Positions 1-13,736 of a stretch of 64,000 bases of DNA are shown here, piece by piece. The DNA is from Massalongia carnosa (taxonomy: Eukaryota): the NCBI GenBank assembly GCA_965645245.1, contig OZ287077.1, forward strand, positions 1,736,001-1,800,000. The letters run 5' to 3'. Positions within the stretch are counted from its first letter, which is position 1, and each line of letters opens with the position of its first letter. A model generated the notes under the pieces. That model was not told the origin of the DNA and did no database searches. It saw only the letters and a list, made by a program, of their open reading frames with translations. A program made the translations under genes and the position numbers.

Positions 1-1
1 T

Positions 2-3000
2 TTAGCTTACGTTGTTCTCCTTCGTCATGGCGTTCCTCGATCCTTTGGGGACATCTATGCCTGGTGAAGGCTCCCGCTTCCTCTTTGCAACATTCCGAAG
101 GGCATCAGGCGGCGGGGTCCTTGATGTAGCGCGGACAGTTGGTATGGTCATGGCATGATCTCCCAGCTGGCGTCTCCGCTGTATCTCGGACGACCGATGT
201 ACAGTAAACTTATGGTTTGTCTCAAATCGACGTATGCGGTCCTTCTCGCGCTTTGACAGATGCTGACTATTTGTGCAAACGGCAGCGGAATGACCGAATG
301 CGCCACACTCCAGGCATCGTTCTTTGGTGCATGATCCTAGATGATGATTAGCATCGCCGCAACGATGGCATTTGTCATTTGTCAATTCAACTGCGTCCTT
401 ATTGTCACACTGATATGACTGGTGTGCAGAACTACCGCATTTGCTGCAGAACAGATTCGGATTCAGTCCGTTACCACCCCCAGAGCGATTAAGGGGCAAA
501 CCCCTCGGATCGGCTCTCGGTACGGTTTGTGGGTCTCTAAATGTATTATTAGTTGAGCCATCTTGAAAATTCTTGTCGACTAGCGATTGCTGGACGGAAG
601 ATCTAATAGAGCTACTAGAGCTACTAGCTGTAAAACCGCCTGCTGTTGGAGCATCTAGCATCTCAACATCACGATGTGTTCTGACAGAAGCATCAGACGT
701 TGTAGAACCTCGACTCAGATTGTTGAATTTCGAGCCAAGGTCTAACAATGGTCGGCTAAGCATTCCCATTACATCTCCCGCCGTATAACGGTCTCGACTC
801 TTGGCATCTTGTATCAATTTGCCCCAGAACTCACCCTGCATTAACGATTGAGAGTTTCCCAAAACCCAGAGTGAGGACTTGGCTCGTGTGATACCGACAT
901 TCATTCGCCGAATGTCTGCCAAAAACCCAATACCTCTAGCCTTCGATGCACGAACACAAGAAAATATGATGACTTCGCATTCTCTTCCCTGAAATGCGTC
1001 GGCGGTGTTAAATTCAACAATTTTGAAAATTGAATCGCTATATCTCTGAGCAAACCGTGTCCGAAGTTCTCGTAGTTGACTTTTGTACGGGGTTATTATG
1101 CCGATTTTACCCTTAAAATCGTAATCGGTGCAGTCAGTGGTCAATCGATGAAATAGACTAAGAGAAACCTCAATTTCTGCGAGATTGATAAGAGAGTGGC
1201 CGCCAGGAGCGTTTTGGTGAAAACCCTGCACGTCAAAAAAGCGATATGCTCCCAAAAGCTCGCTTCCGTGCCACGGCTGGGTTCTGAGCTTGGCCATGTT
1301 CGCACCATCGAGGAGTCGACCGTCATAAAAAGCTTGGCTTGGAAAGAGGCTAATTTCTGGATGCATTCGATATTGAGTATCAAGCAGGTGAACGTCATTT
1401 GGGTGGTTGCCTTGCATCCGAACGAACAAACTCTGCTCATACTGAAACCTGGCTGCTTCTCGTGAGAGTACGGTAGGTGGGAGTTGTTTGGGATCACCCA
1501 CTAGAATACACTTGGAGCATCCATATTTGAGAGGTATGAGTGCACTGAGCTCGATGGATTGTGCGGCTTCGTCGATGATGACCGTTTCGAACTCGATACT
1601 AAGATTTTGAAACATCTCATGACCACTGCCGGATAGGGTAGCACAGATAACATGAGCTCCGTCTAAGATCTCCTGTTGTATTCGACGCCGGCTGATCTCG
1701 GCATCCCTGGCAACAATGTCACCGCGATCACGTAAGGAGTCAATTTGATTGCTAAGCTGCTGCTTCCTCCGTTTCAAGACTTCAAAGTCCCGCTCCTGCT
1801 CTGGCACAGCGGGGTTTCCGCTCGCTTTTTTTTCATCCAATTTCACCCGTAGTGCGTTTAGCTCTTCGCAGGTGGCTTTATGCGCTAACATCGTTTTGTG
1901 CATCTCATCCCCGGAGCTGCCCTGTTTACCGGTTGCAAGGTTGAGCTTGGCATTGACGAGTTCATCCAGCGTCACATCCAAAACATTAGCGTTCATGGCA
2001 TCGCTTCTGCCAAGTCGCACAACAGAAAGTTTCCGAGATTCGCCATTCAGGGTCGTAATATTTTCCTTGAACCTCATGACTAACTCGTCTACAGCAGCAT
2101 TGCTCGGGGCGCACACAAGCAGTTTTTTTATTGCTGAAGGGCTTGTAAGACGCTTTTCGGTAGCCTGAGGACGAGTCACTGGCACTCCTTTGCCATCAGA
2201 TGTAGTTGTCATCAGGGCCCCCACGATTGCGACAATGGTTTTCGTTTTCCCCGAACCAGGAGGACTAAAATCGGTCAACACCTATTTTACAGATACAAAA
2301 TATGTATAACTCACCCCTGAATTAGGGTAAATGCATCGTTATCAATTGCAGACCGAACGGCTTTTGCTTGTGCAATATTAATCTTATAACTCGCCACTAA
2401 AGGAGCGAGCTGATGCTCCGAGTATTTCAACAGCGGCGAAGGTTTAGCCTTGATTATTTCGTCACAAAGATCAAAGTACTGCAAACCTAGCAATGCACCG
2501 TATTCTCGTTCTAAGGTTGTCAGAGAAGAGACTTTGATACCATAAATAGTCACATGTGGTGCCATGGAGGCAATCAGCCCATTGCCGACATTGACTCGGT
2601 ACGCTACATCAATATCCATAGAGTTCTTTTTCTGAGAAATTTTGGAAATGCGGGCAAAGCAATGGGGTTGGTTGGCGCCAGCTGCTGGTGACTGAGCCTT
2701 TGACAACAAGACCACATCTGCTTCACCGATCCCAAGCTCCTTCCTTTGCGCTATTGACATTGTTGTACTAACCTCAACGAACGAATCTACGGTCAACCGA
2801 TTAGCAATCTTAATCTCGAACGGTTTAAAGTTTCCCTCCTCCTTTGATTTGAGAAAGCCTTGCCATGCTTCGAGGACTAGAAGGGGCTCAAAGATATTCT
2901 GGTAGTCCAATGGGGTGCGAAAAGTACTTGTCACTAAGCTGTAGTCTTCGCGTTCGGATCCAGGAGGGAAATCTCCAGCGTGGAAGAAGTCCCAGCCAAG

Positions 3001-6000
3001 TACTGTTTTATGAAGAGATGTGAGATCTGGAGATAGTCGTGCACGCATGTCCTTTGCCGAGCGAACCTGCCGCATCTTCTTAATCGGTCCCTGTTCTTTG
3101 ACCCGCTGAGATTTACTGAGATGATAATCTCGAACAGCAGCAGAGACTTTGGACAATCTATAGCCACCTTTGAACAGTTCCTGATCGAGCTCGCCATCTG
3201 AGTCAGAGTCTGAACCCGATGATACCATCATACTTGCAGCTTGCGGAGCGTGATCTTTGCCTTTGAGTCCGATACTGCTCAATGCGGAGCCCTCTCCGGC
3301 TACTCGTTCCGTGTTAGTCCTTTCAGCAGCTCTTTTCTTAAGAATGGCCAGCGCATCCGCATCCCGTTTCTTCTTTGCTTCTTTCTCCTTCTCACGCTTT
3401 TCGCGAAACGATACCTGGTCCACCTGAAGTCGATTTTCGGGTTTGGAGTTGCCTAATGTCTTTGGGAGTTTAGCCCGTGTATTGCTGGTTCTTGAGGTAC
3501 GGGAGGCCTGTTGAGCTTTAAATAGCTCCACCGAGCGACTCGCAGATAAGATCTCTTGATCCGCGATATCCGAGTCTCCGAACTCGTCATCATCTAAAAT
3601 ATTCACAACTCGATGTGCTGATTTGGCTTTAGACTTCCAGGCCTCCAGGTCGATGATGCCTGTTTTGGTTTTCTTGCTTTTCTCAGAGGAGGACCCTGAA
3701 TGATCGGATGATCTGGCAGGGTCCTTGCTTAAATCCCGAGGGCGGGAGTTTAAGGTGGGTGATGCCTTTTCAGATGTGTCTATATATAAGATAGAGCGAC
3801 CAAGGTTCGCCTCAAGTGCTCTTGCGAGCTCGGCCCTTTCTTGTGGCGTCAGGTGCGTTCGTTTTTGAGGGCTACCTTGAACGACTTGCTCGAGAAATCT
3901 GCAGGGTTCCTCAGGGAGCGTCATTCCCCATTCGCTCAATCGATCCAGCAGTTTCCTGATTAGCTTGACAGAAGTACTTGCCAAGTACAAATCACGTAGT
4001 CTCAGCCACTTCACCATGACTTCCATGGTCCTGGCAGGATGTTTTAGAAGCTCTTTGCCAGCGACTTTATCGCTTGGCTTGTCTCCACCTGGCTCCTGTT
4101 TGACAGATACCGCGGAGTCAACGGCGCTTGCAAAAACGCTATACTGATCAAATAACCTTTCAGATAGTTGCATCGTATCTCTGCAAAACTCTTTCAAAAC
4201 ACTGGAATCAGCTACATGTGCCTTGCCCCATTCCTCGGTCATTTCGTAAATAACCCTGAGGGCCAGCCATTGATGCTCCCAGAAACTCTCGACAGCCTTT
4301 ATCTCTGCAAGGTCAGATATAGAGCGTGTGCGCAAGAGACCGTCTTGTGAATCGGAAAGGATATCAAGCACATCGGTACATGTTTTGAGCATTCGGGGGC
4401 AGGAGGCGAAACTTTTGTTCTGCACAATTCTCCGGATAGCCCAGGAGAAACTATTCAAGGTGGTGCTGAAGAAAGGAAGCAGCAAGTGTCCGATAGCCTC
4501 TTTTCGGGCCGACGCCGAGCTGATACTTTTGATGAGGTTAACACCAGCTTCGTATGTGCTAGCGTCAGGCGAGAACAAGGCGGCGACAAGTGCTGTTGCC
4601 GTGTCTGAATGGCGAAATAGGGTGTCCAGATCATCGGGGCTGAAGTCATTGATACGCTCGAGCATTTGGCACACCAGATGCGTGAGATTCCCAAATGTGA
4701 TATTAAACTCACTCTTTTCCTTTGAAAAGCCTTCGCCGCCGCCAATCCTGAATTTCTCCAACCCTGTCAAGTCGCTAATACCAGCGAGAGCTGCTCTGGC
4801 TACGACAACGTTCCCACGATCGAGGTGGCTGACGACGGCTTCCCAGATAATAGGAGAATAAGAGCAAAATCCTGGATGTATCTCTTGCTTCAGCTTCAGC
4901 GTTTCTTGGTCCATTCGTAATGATCTGCATTCTAGCGCTAATGCAACCTTCACAGTCCTCAAACAGTGATCTGCTAGCGTTGCATACCCATCGTCATTCA
5001 TCGAAAGCGTAGGTATATCCAGAATTCGCTTGATATAAGTGCTTGCCACCTCCAGTGTTTCCGCCGCAACGATTCGTCCTACAGGTTTCAGAATCATATC
5101 TTCTTTATTACAATTACTAAGGGTCCAGCTTAGTACACCAAGACCAGTCCGATAGCATTCGATGCGGGCGTCAAGCGGAAACCGCGGTGTTTGCAATCTG
5201 TCCATCAGCTGAAAAGTGAGTGATCTACAAGCTTGAGCCTGATGTCCAGTTTGTAATGATTCCATGAATGGCTTGATCCATGACAGCATGTCTTTCAACG
5301 CAGAGGTCTCAAATCTCTCTTCAGCTTTGGCTTGCAGAATAAATCCATCATAATGAGGGCTGTTGAACACTTGCTCAATAACTGTTGTAGGCGATATAGC
5401 CCCCATGGATTCCCAGTAGTCCTTAGGTGCAACCTCAAGCAGCTTTTGCATAGCTTGTAGGATGAACCTTAAGCCTTCTGTGTTGATCTGTAGATGCTCA
5501 AGCGCAATCCTGAATACGTCAACCTCCATAGCCCGAAGAGAATGGGTTATTAAGTCATTATCAAGTTTGTCGATGATCCGTCCAACCCCGAACCACAGTC
5601 TCTGAACAAAGCCAATATCTGTGGTAGGTTCGGATGCTTTCTTGAGGTTTTGTAGCAGCGGATCTCGAACAGCAAACTCGAAGTCTCCATTTGAAATAGG
5701 GGAAGGGTACTTCGCCCAGGCTTGAACTGCCCACGAGCATCTATTGGGGGAGGGGTCGAATAGGAAGATGGTGGCTGCCGGAACATAGTGTGCCAATACA
5801 AGTCTTTTGTTTGTTTGAATCAGCTGGAAGGGTTCGTCAAGATAATCCCGGACAAGGATAGGGTCTGCTAGGAACGCTTGACAACTCAAAGCTTCAAACA
5901 GCGACAGCTGAGAGGAGAGCTCAAGGACGCCCTTGCCACGATTTCCAGGCTCCGTTTCTCTCAAGATCCGAGCTGCTTTTTCTAGTCCACGCGTGACACG

Positions 6001-6531
6001 ATCAATATCACGATTATCGTAAATCTTAGTTAGGCCTGAGACATCTTCTTCTTCATAGTCACTGGTGGCCGTAAAAACCCTTAGCTGACGAACGCATCTT
6101 GCAGAGGAATTTGGGCCGATTTGCTCACCTTCGTAGGGACTGTATCGCTCGATGTTTAGCTTTGTAGTATTGTATAATGCAGGTATCACATTTCCCAAGC
6201 TGCCGATCAATCTGTTGCCCGAGAAATTCTTGATGTGGAAGTACATCCTCACCATCATATCCAAAAAGCTGTAGGCAATCGGTGACCAGTTTTCGTCGGT
6301 AAACAACATTCTCCCTATCTGAATCCTCGGCTTTGATAGGGGTGACCTCTTCCGTGCCACGATGCCCGTGGGTTTGTCCTGAGCGAACTTGGCCATCGTA
6401 GGCTGGGCAAAACCAATGCAGCTCTGGCGGCAGACGCCTGAGCTCTCTATGCACGATGACCTAGTTAGCACGAGGGGTTGATGAAAGGAGGATGAACTTT
6501 CTTACTGAAGTTTGGCAAGGAGTTCAGCCAT
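2..6531 (-). CDS. SEN1: Sen1/senataxin SF1B RNA/DNA helicase with three C-terminal CCHC zinc knuckles; 3' end probably continues beyond the window
   Basis: Predicted exons 6531-6506, 6446-6129, 6061-2315, 2264-~11. Spliced N-terminus reads MAELLAKLQELRRLPPELHWFCP. Walker A IQGPPGSGKT is formed across the 2314-2265 intron; also IIDEAAQ, LVGDPKQLPP, QYRMHP, DAFQGRE, RRMNVGITRAK. A GTAAGC donor-like site at position 10 suggests a further exon outside the window. Confidence 0.93.
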
Positions 6532-7425
6532 ACTGGTAGCACATGCAACGAACAACCTCCCCCGCCCTTACAGCAAGTTATGTGCTTGTAAATGTTTACT
6601 GAAGAGAAGAATTTTGTGCCCTAGTCTACTGGCTTTCATCATTCCCTACAACCAATAGCATGATGCAGTTCTACGTTTTGAGAGTTTAAGCAGCTCAAGG
6701 AGTAGTTAGTTGGGAATGATCAACAGGAATTAAAGTATATGTTAGGGTCATTAGAACCGTTAAGACTCCTTCTCAGCCCATGAGTGATGCGACATAAGTT
6801 GCTCGTAAATAGTGGGTGAAGAAATCATTACCTACTGATAAGCAGTACGTTTGTGATCTGACGCTTGGCTTGACGCGAGAGGCGGACGCCACTACAGATT
6901 GAACGCGAGCGTATTTGACCGATGAAGATCTCGAAGGGTAAAAGGAGCACAGGGGTAATGAATTTAAAATCACGTGTGATATGATCGCTAAGTCTTATCG
7001 CAGTTTCTACAATGTCATTTATGCAAATAGTAGCATGCCATCACTTTTGCAGTATAATTTAACTTGTTTGGTTTACCACGTAAGTGAATGATCCCGCTGA
7101 CGAAGTGAAGCGCTACAAAACAGCAGTGCGACTAACACCCACCACAACTCCCTTAACATAATGGCAACTCTTAGAAGCGTAGGCGCTGAAAATACAGCAA
7201 AAGATGAGAAAGTACCTAAGACCTCCTTAAATGAGGAGAAACTATAATGAACTCGCCAAGGCGCCTATTGCGTCATCCGTCCAAAAAACGCCCCGCCATG
7301 CTATGCTCAGAAACAGCGTAAGTTGCCCATGCACATGATTAGAGATGAAGTTATCTAATCCACCCACGTCATATGAACAAGTTAGGAAATATAGGGGCAA
7401 AGTTAGGAGATAAGGGAAAGTGCTG

Positions 7426-10400
7426 CTACCGCAGCGACGAGTTTCCGTGAATATTCCGTTGGCCAGGACCCTGCTGGGAGTGACTCGACTCTATTCTAGT
7501 GAGTAAAGCTGCAGAAGTGAAGTCATTACTCGCCTCGTAGCTAGGTCGTATTCGATCCATAGATCCTCTCATTCGATCAAACGACGGCCTTGGTCTCTCA
7601 AATGATGGTCGAGAAGGATAGTCTATAGAGAGCCTATGCCCGGTATAGTCAGTTCCATCGCTTCCATTGTGGCTGCGTGGGTTACGCGTTGTGCCGGTTG
7701 CTGCAATGGAAGGAGGATAGATAGGTCGTTCGTCCTCAGGTAACAGTGTTGGTTCTTTCGAGGGTTCCTTTTTCGTAGGTTGAGATACGTCCGAAGAGGC
7801 GGCCGAAGCCACTTTGCCAGGCGGAACATAGGCTTCGTGCCGATCAAGATAATCGAATTTGCCCAAACGAACCTGCTCACGAACGATGTCGATGTCTCGG
7901 GGAAGATAAATCTTCTGAAGGGCTTTTGCAAAAAACCGAGGCAGAAGACACGCGGATGTCGTGAGTAACAAAAACACCCAAAATGTCAGCTGACCATATA
8001 CTTGGGGCGCAGCCTTGTAAAACTGTGCGGCGGAGGAAACGGCCGTGTAGACACCAGTCCAGAACCAAATCAGGAGTATACTGATCGTTACAAGCAACAA
8101 CATTAACCAGTCCCATCTGTATGTATTCAATAAGACGTAGATATTGACAACGACAACGATAGAGCAAGCAATGTAGACTCCCATGCGGGGCCCATCATTA
8201 ACACCAAGTCCGTTGCTTGTCACGAAATTCGCTGGTGCAAAAAGCAAGTAGCCCATAAAGAAGCAGATTAGTGACTGATAGATTCCATCAAACATATAAG
8301 TCCTGCCTAACATTAGCGAGAACTGGAAGTGTGAGCCACGGGTAAGTACCAGAACTTAAGTTGGGTCCACTCTTTGCGTTCGATGCCTCTCCGATAAAGC
8401 TGCGGAACTGCGAGTGAGACTTCATCACTCACGTCTTGATCAAGAATACCCATAAAGATGACAGGGAGGGAGGTGAAGGCCAAGTTCACCATTAGAATAT
8501 AAGTGTAGTCGAACAGGTAAGTGCAATCGAAATTGTTATAAATCTGATACCAGAAAAGCGCGAACGTCCATACCATGTCCTGCCGATATAATTAATCTCG
8601 ACACCAAAACACCCGAACTGTAGAAAACATACCTTGTAGAAAAAGTTGGCAATCGTTTCCGCTAACCGGCGATAGGACCATCGACCGTGGACGAGAATGA
8701 GTCGTTGGAGGAAACGAAACTGCCCGATGGCATAATCTGCCGACATCACTGCCTGCCTGCCTTCCTCCCCAGCGATGCCAACTCCCACATCAGCTTCTTG
8801 AATCATTGCCACATCGTTTGCACCGTCTCCCACAGACAAAGTCATCACATCTAGGCCAGTCTTGACCATTTGCACAACTGCCGCTTTTTGGCTTGGGCTT
8901 ACTCGGCAACAAAGTACCGCTCGACATCTCTTGCATAGAAGTAGAAATTTCTGACGAAATGCGTCTTGTAAGACCAGTTTTAACGAGTCGCCGTCTATAA
9001 TAATTGCATGCGTAGGCCCAGGCGGCTCATGATTCTTGCGCGCAGCTTGAAGCTCTTCGTCGGAGCCTGTCATGTTGAAAACTGCCATATGCTTGTTGAG
9101 CTCAGCCTCCGCCGTCTCCGCTTTTTCGTCATCAATTTTAAGTACGAGCAAGTCCATATCATTGCTGAGAAGGTTGCACGAGAATCCAATGTTAATGGCA
9201 GTTTCAACTTTATCACCGGTCAAAACCCATAGTTTGATGCCAGCGTCTCCAAGCAAAGCAATGGTATCCGGCACTCCGTCTTGCAATCGATCCTCAATCG
9301 CGGTCCCCCCCAAAAGTGTAAGGTCTCTTTCAATGGCATCTGAAACCTTTTCCAGCTTTTCATCACGATCCGCAATGGCAGCAGCAGCTAGATCATGCTC
9401 TTTGTTCCACGTCTGATACTCTACCTCGCTGAGTTCCTTACGTGCAATGCAAAGTGTCCGTAGTCCCTCGCGTGCAAACATTTCAAGGTGCTCAGCCGTA
9501 GATCTCCTCAACTCTGCTTGTTCGCCACGCTTCAAACGGGAGTAAATCACGCTATCGGCGCCTTTACAAAAGAGAAATATCCTTCCATCAGGCATTCGAA
9601 TGATGGCACTCATACGTTTCCTTGACGAGTTAAATTCTAATGTATTGAGTACCGCATACTCCTTATCTTCCCCCATGACATTTATAATGATGCCCTCGCT
9701 GGTTCGTCCAATGACGGTAAACCCGCAGTCACGCGCTGTCGCCACCAAGGCCGCCTCATCAGGAGACTGAGCTTTGAATTCGATTTTTGGTGGATCGCCT
9801 GGAGTCCTTTCGGTGATGACCGTATGGCAAAGCGCGAGAGTGAGCATGAAGTCTTCATTGGCTCTTTGCTGTTCCACTCCCGACTCCCCCTCAAGGTCAG
9901 TAGCAAAATCTGGCGCAACGAAAGTGAGCTCGTCATCATGGAGGTATGGATTTGAATACAGCTTTCGGAGCCTTTTTAGCATTTGGACGCGATCTTCTGC
10001 AATCTGCTTGTGGGCTTTGGCCCCTTCTTCTTCAACGTCAATCCCTTGACGTTTTTGCATCCCCGCTTGTGCTTCGGTGTACGCTTCCCCATATGGTACG
10101 CCGTTGATTGTGCACTTCTTGAACTCCATGACGTTCTGCGTCAGCGTCCCGGTCTTGTCGGAAAATATGTACTCGATCTGTCCAAGATCGTCCGAAATGT
10201 TCCACGATTTGGGCGTACATGGATAGTCAATCTTCTCATAATACATGAATGTATCGCTGTAGATGAAGAAGGCCTGAGCTAACTTGATGATTTCAAGGGA
10301 GATGTAAAGGGATATCGGCACCAAATTCTGGAACAGAATGACTGCTGCCCAAAAGTTGATTAAGCCGTCAACTGCAGGCTTTCCTCCAATGGAACCAAAC

Positions 10401-12134
10401 TCAAAATAATTCAGCGATTTGTTCCCTTTAGACCATGTAACACCCTGGACAATCCCAGAGACCAAACACATGAAAAAAAGAATAACAAAGTTGTAGATGA
10501 CGTTCCAGTTGAGTTCTCGTGTAATGCGTGATCTTTTGCTGGGTGTGATACCAGCGTTAATCATGATCTTTGTGTCTTGTCCGGTAAATACCACAACACC
10601 TAGGATCCATTCTGTGTTTCGGAGACTGCACCCCCGAAGTAAGAGGTTGTTGATTGAGATAGGTTCTGCCATAGGAGTTCCTTGCGCCTCTGGTTTTCGA
10701 GGATCTCGTTGAGTCCATTTTGCAATACCGCTGTATTGGTATAAATTGGCATGTTGGGGTCCGCTCTCGATTATGAACTCAGCCCTTTCGCAATCCCGTG
10801 CATGTCTGACTTGGCGGCCGCTATGCAGAGCTTGTCGTACTTTTAAGTTAGTCTCGCCATCAAGGTTCTTGGTCTCAACATAGCAGGCACCATCCGGATC
10901 AGATGTTGAAAGAATCACGATATCGGCAGGGATTTGGTCTTCGTTGTATATTCTAACAAAGTCTCCCACTTGAACGCTTTTCCAATAATCTTTCTTGAAC
11001 CTCGATTTTCCCGATACTTGTTTAGTTGGATCCACTAGACTCCCATAAAACTTAGCTGAGGAACCACTCTGGTGTGGAGCCCCATCTGGCGCCGACAATT
11101 TTATATCGGTTGTTTCAACTAACGGATGCGCATCTTCGTAAGAAAACGCCCTAGACGTGCGCTGACCGGCGGCCAGTTTGGAACTAGTCTTGTCGAAGCT
11201 GAGGCCTTTGCTGGGCTGAGGGGAAGGAACAGGGGTCATCTGAATCGCATCTTCGCCCAGTGAGCTTCTTACAGACTCGAAGGAAGGTCGGGATGCCATC
11301 GATACCCTTCGGGTGTCATTGGGCTGCTGCGGTTCGTCCAAGGCTCTTTGGGCAAAGTCTTTGCCGCCCTTCGATTTGCTTCGTGTTTTACGTTTCCACC
11401 ATCTGAAAAGCCAGATAACCCCTCGCGTAGAAGACTTTTTGAATCTTCGCCACAGAGAAACATCGTCTTCTGACGTATTGACGTTATTCCAATCGAGAAG
11501 CCTGTGGACCGGTGAATTATTGAGCTCATTGTCCAGGACAGTTCGACGCCAATCTTCAATGGCATCCTTTGTACCCGTCACGAAGAGAATCACTATCAAG
11601 GGTGCTGAGCCCAAGGCAGGATTTGAGGCACCAAATATAGAGAATATCTATTCACTAGATTAGCGGCTGGTTTGGTCACATTGTGCATCGGGGATTCCAT
11701 ACAGCAAGAATGATAACAAATAAAAAATAAACATTTGCAACGTTATGAAACTGAAGCCATAAATTCTTGGTCACAAAGTTCAAAGGCGTGTATTTGGCGG
11801 TGCGGATCTTATTCCTCCCAAAATTTGCGAGAGGATGACCCTCGTCATCCTTGACGCCCTCAGGTAACGGAATGTTGAAGAATATGGTGCGCTTGTTGTC
11901 TTCGTGATCCTCACCGTCTTCCGACACATCGATTGCCTCGTGTACGTCTTCCATCTTTGACCCATCGGACTCACTCTTCTTCTTCTCGATCGATTCAGAC
12001 TTTTTATGGAACCGGTTTCGTAGGCTATGACGCTTCTTCCGCGCATTGGGTCCAGTGACTCTTTGTGTAGCCCATCGTATTCGCTTTATCGGATTGGAGA
12101 CATTGTTGTCCTCCTCAGGCGGTTTGAGAGCCAT
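7426..12134 (-). CDS. DNF1: P4-type ATPase phospholipid flippase (Dnf1/Dnf2 type)
   Basis: Predicted exons 12134-11703, 11647-8633, 8579-8350, 8302-7426. Motifs NKIRTAKYTP, NLDGETNLK, VPISLYIS, phosphorylation site FSDKTGTLT, SPDE, KGADS, TGDKVETA, GDGANDVAMIQ; hydrophobic C-terminal helices. Confidence 0.93.
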
Positions 12135-13736
12135 GACGTGTATCAAAATTGAGGGTGGCAGCCGTCAACAACGTCAGCCTTTGAGCATTTCGGCCGCAAA
12201 CGATCAGCCGGGCCACGGCGGAAGCGGATTTAGGCTAGCATATCGCAATTGCGCGTGAATGTTTGGAGATTAGGGGTGTCGGTACCATATGGCTTCCACA
12301 ATTGTCCGAAAAAAACGTAAGAGGCGAAGTGTTGTTGCTGTCAAGGAGAGTCGGTGTCAAAGGATCTTACTAGAGGAAATCCAGCGCGGGGAGGAAGCTA
12401 GACCGAGTTGTACAGCTCTTCCACGGTCTTGTCGTCTAAGGAGTTCCTCGATGCTCAACAAGGTTACTTAGAATGCATCCAGAGTCACTGAGGGTGAAAT
12501 GAAGGCGGTTGATTGCAGTTCTTCGTATATCGGCAGGGAGAACGATAGCTTTTGGCTGTCGGCGGGTTTGTTTTCAGACGAAGCTAGTAAAGATATGTAA
12601 TTCGCATTTCAAGAGAGGTGGATCCGATTACAGAGTACAATAAAATAAATCATGCACCAGAGTCTGAGGAATGGTAAGGAATATTTGATTCAGCAACTCT
12701 TGTTACAAATTATAGAGTACCACGATGCCACCTGTAACTTCTTGAAGGCTTAGGTCGTCTTACATACTGTATTTTTGGGGGGGCGTGCAGGATGATGTAT
12801 AAACAGCCCGCGTTGGAGCTTACGAGAGCATGGGAACTCCTGAATCGTCACTGCCCGAGGATTGGGTCTAATACAAGGCTGAAAAGCCGGCACTAACTCT
12901 AAGAGTATCTCTGATAATATCCGTGCTTGGAATTAAGGATTGAAAGCACGAGTCCAGAGTCCAGAGTAACAAATAGGTAACAAGCGAAGTGACTCGCATC
13001 TAGAATAGACTCGAAATAAAGATCACAACCGATTTCCACGGGAGTTGTTCACAGACTAACTATCGTCGAGGCTTTGGTGCTTTTTAGGTTGAGCAATCCT
13101 CTGTGAATGATAGTTGCTAGCTAACGATAGCCTGCAAGATCCTCTACATTTTATTTCCAACCTTCTCGGACTGCGAAACATGTTCACCGAAGCCGGAAGA
13201 CACTAGTGTTGGATCCTAGCGGTAAACTATCGAGCCAAGGCCCAAGGCTGAAGGAGTTGTAATTTGGCGACGCAGGTCAAGTACTCTGTACTCTATAGTT
13301 CCTCTATAAGATGAGAATCAGGGACTGTACTAGCGTTCTCGAGACAAATGCTAAAGGAAAGGGTAACGGAGTTGTCAAGAATAAGTAACGTTACAACTTG
13401 ATCTGGCTTGCTGCGTGCATTAATACAGAGGTACGACGAGGACATCATGACTGCAAGCAGCTTGCATGTAAGAACGATGCTCTATATTTAGAGCGGATAT
13501 CTTCTACCTAGGTTTTTTAGCTGTTATGGCATGGTGCTTTCCGTCATCGATTATAGCAGTAATCTCAGAACGGAGTACTCTGTAACTTACCTCAGATAGG
13601 TAAGGTGCCTGACTAGAGTATTTTAGTCTTAATTCCACGTGATCTGGCGTCTCATCGCTTGGCACCGCAGGTTAGTAATCTGTCCCAGGCCCATGTTTTA
13701 ACGCGATCTCGCTTTGTACTCCGTACTAACAAACAA

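Noticed and set aside
6062..6471. N-terminal ~135 aa of the 1386-aa ORF 2311-6471
   Set aside because: Wrong frame plus intron read-through; the Sen1 N-terminus (HWFCP...CDTC) is in the overlapping frame 6446-6129.
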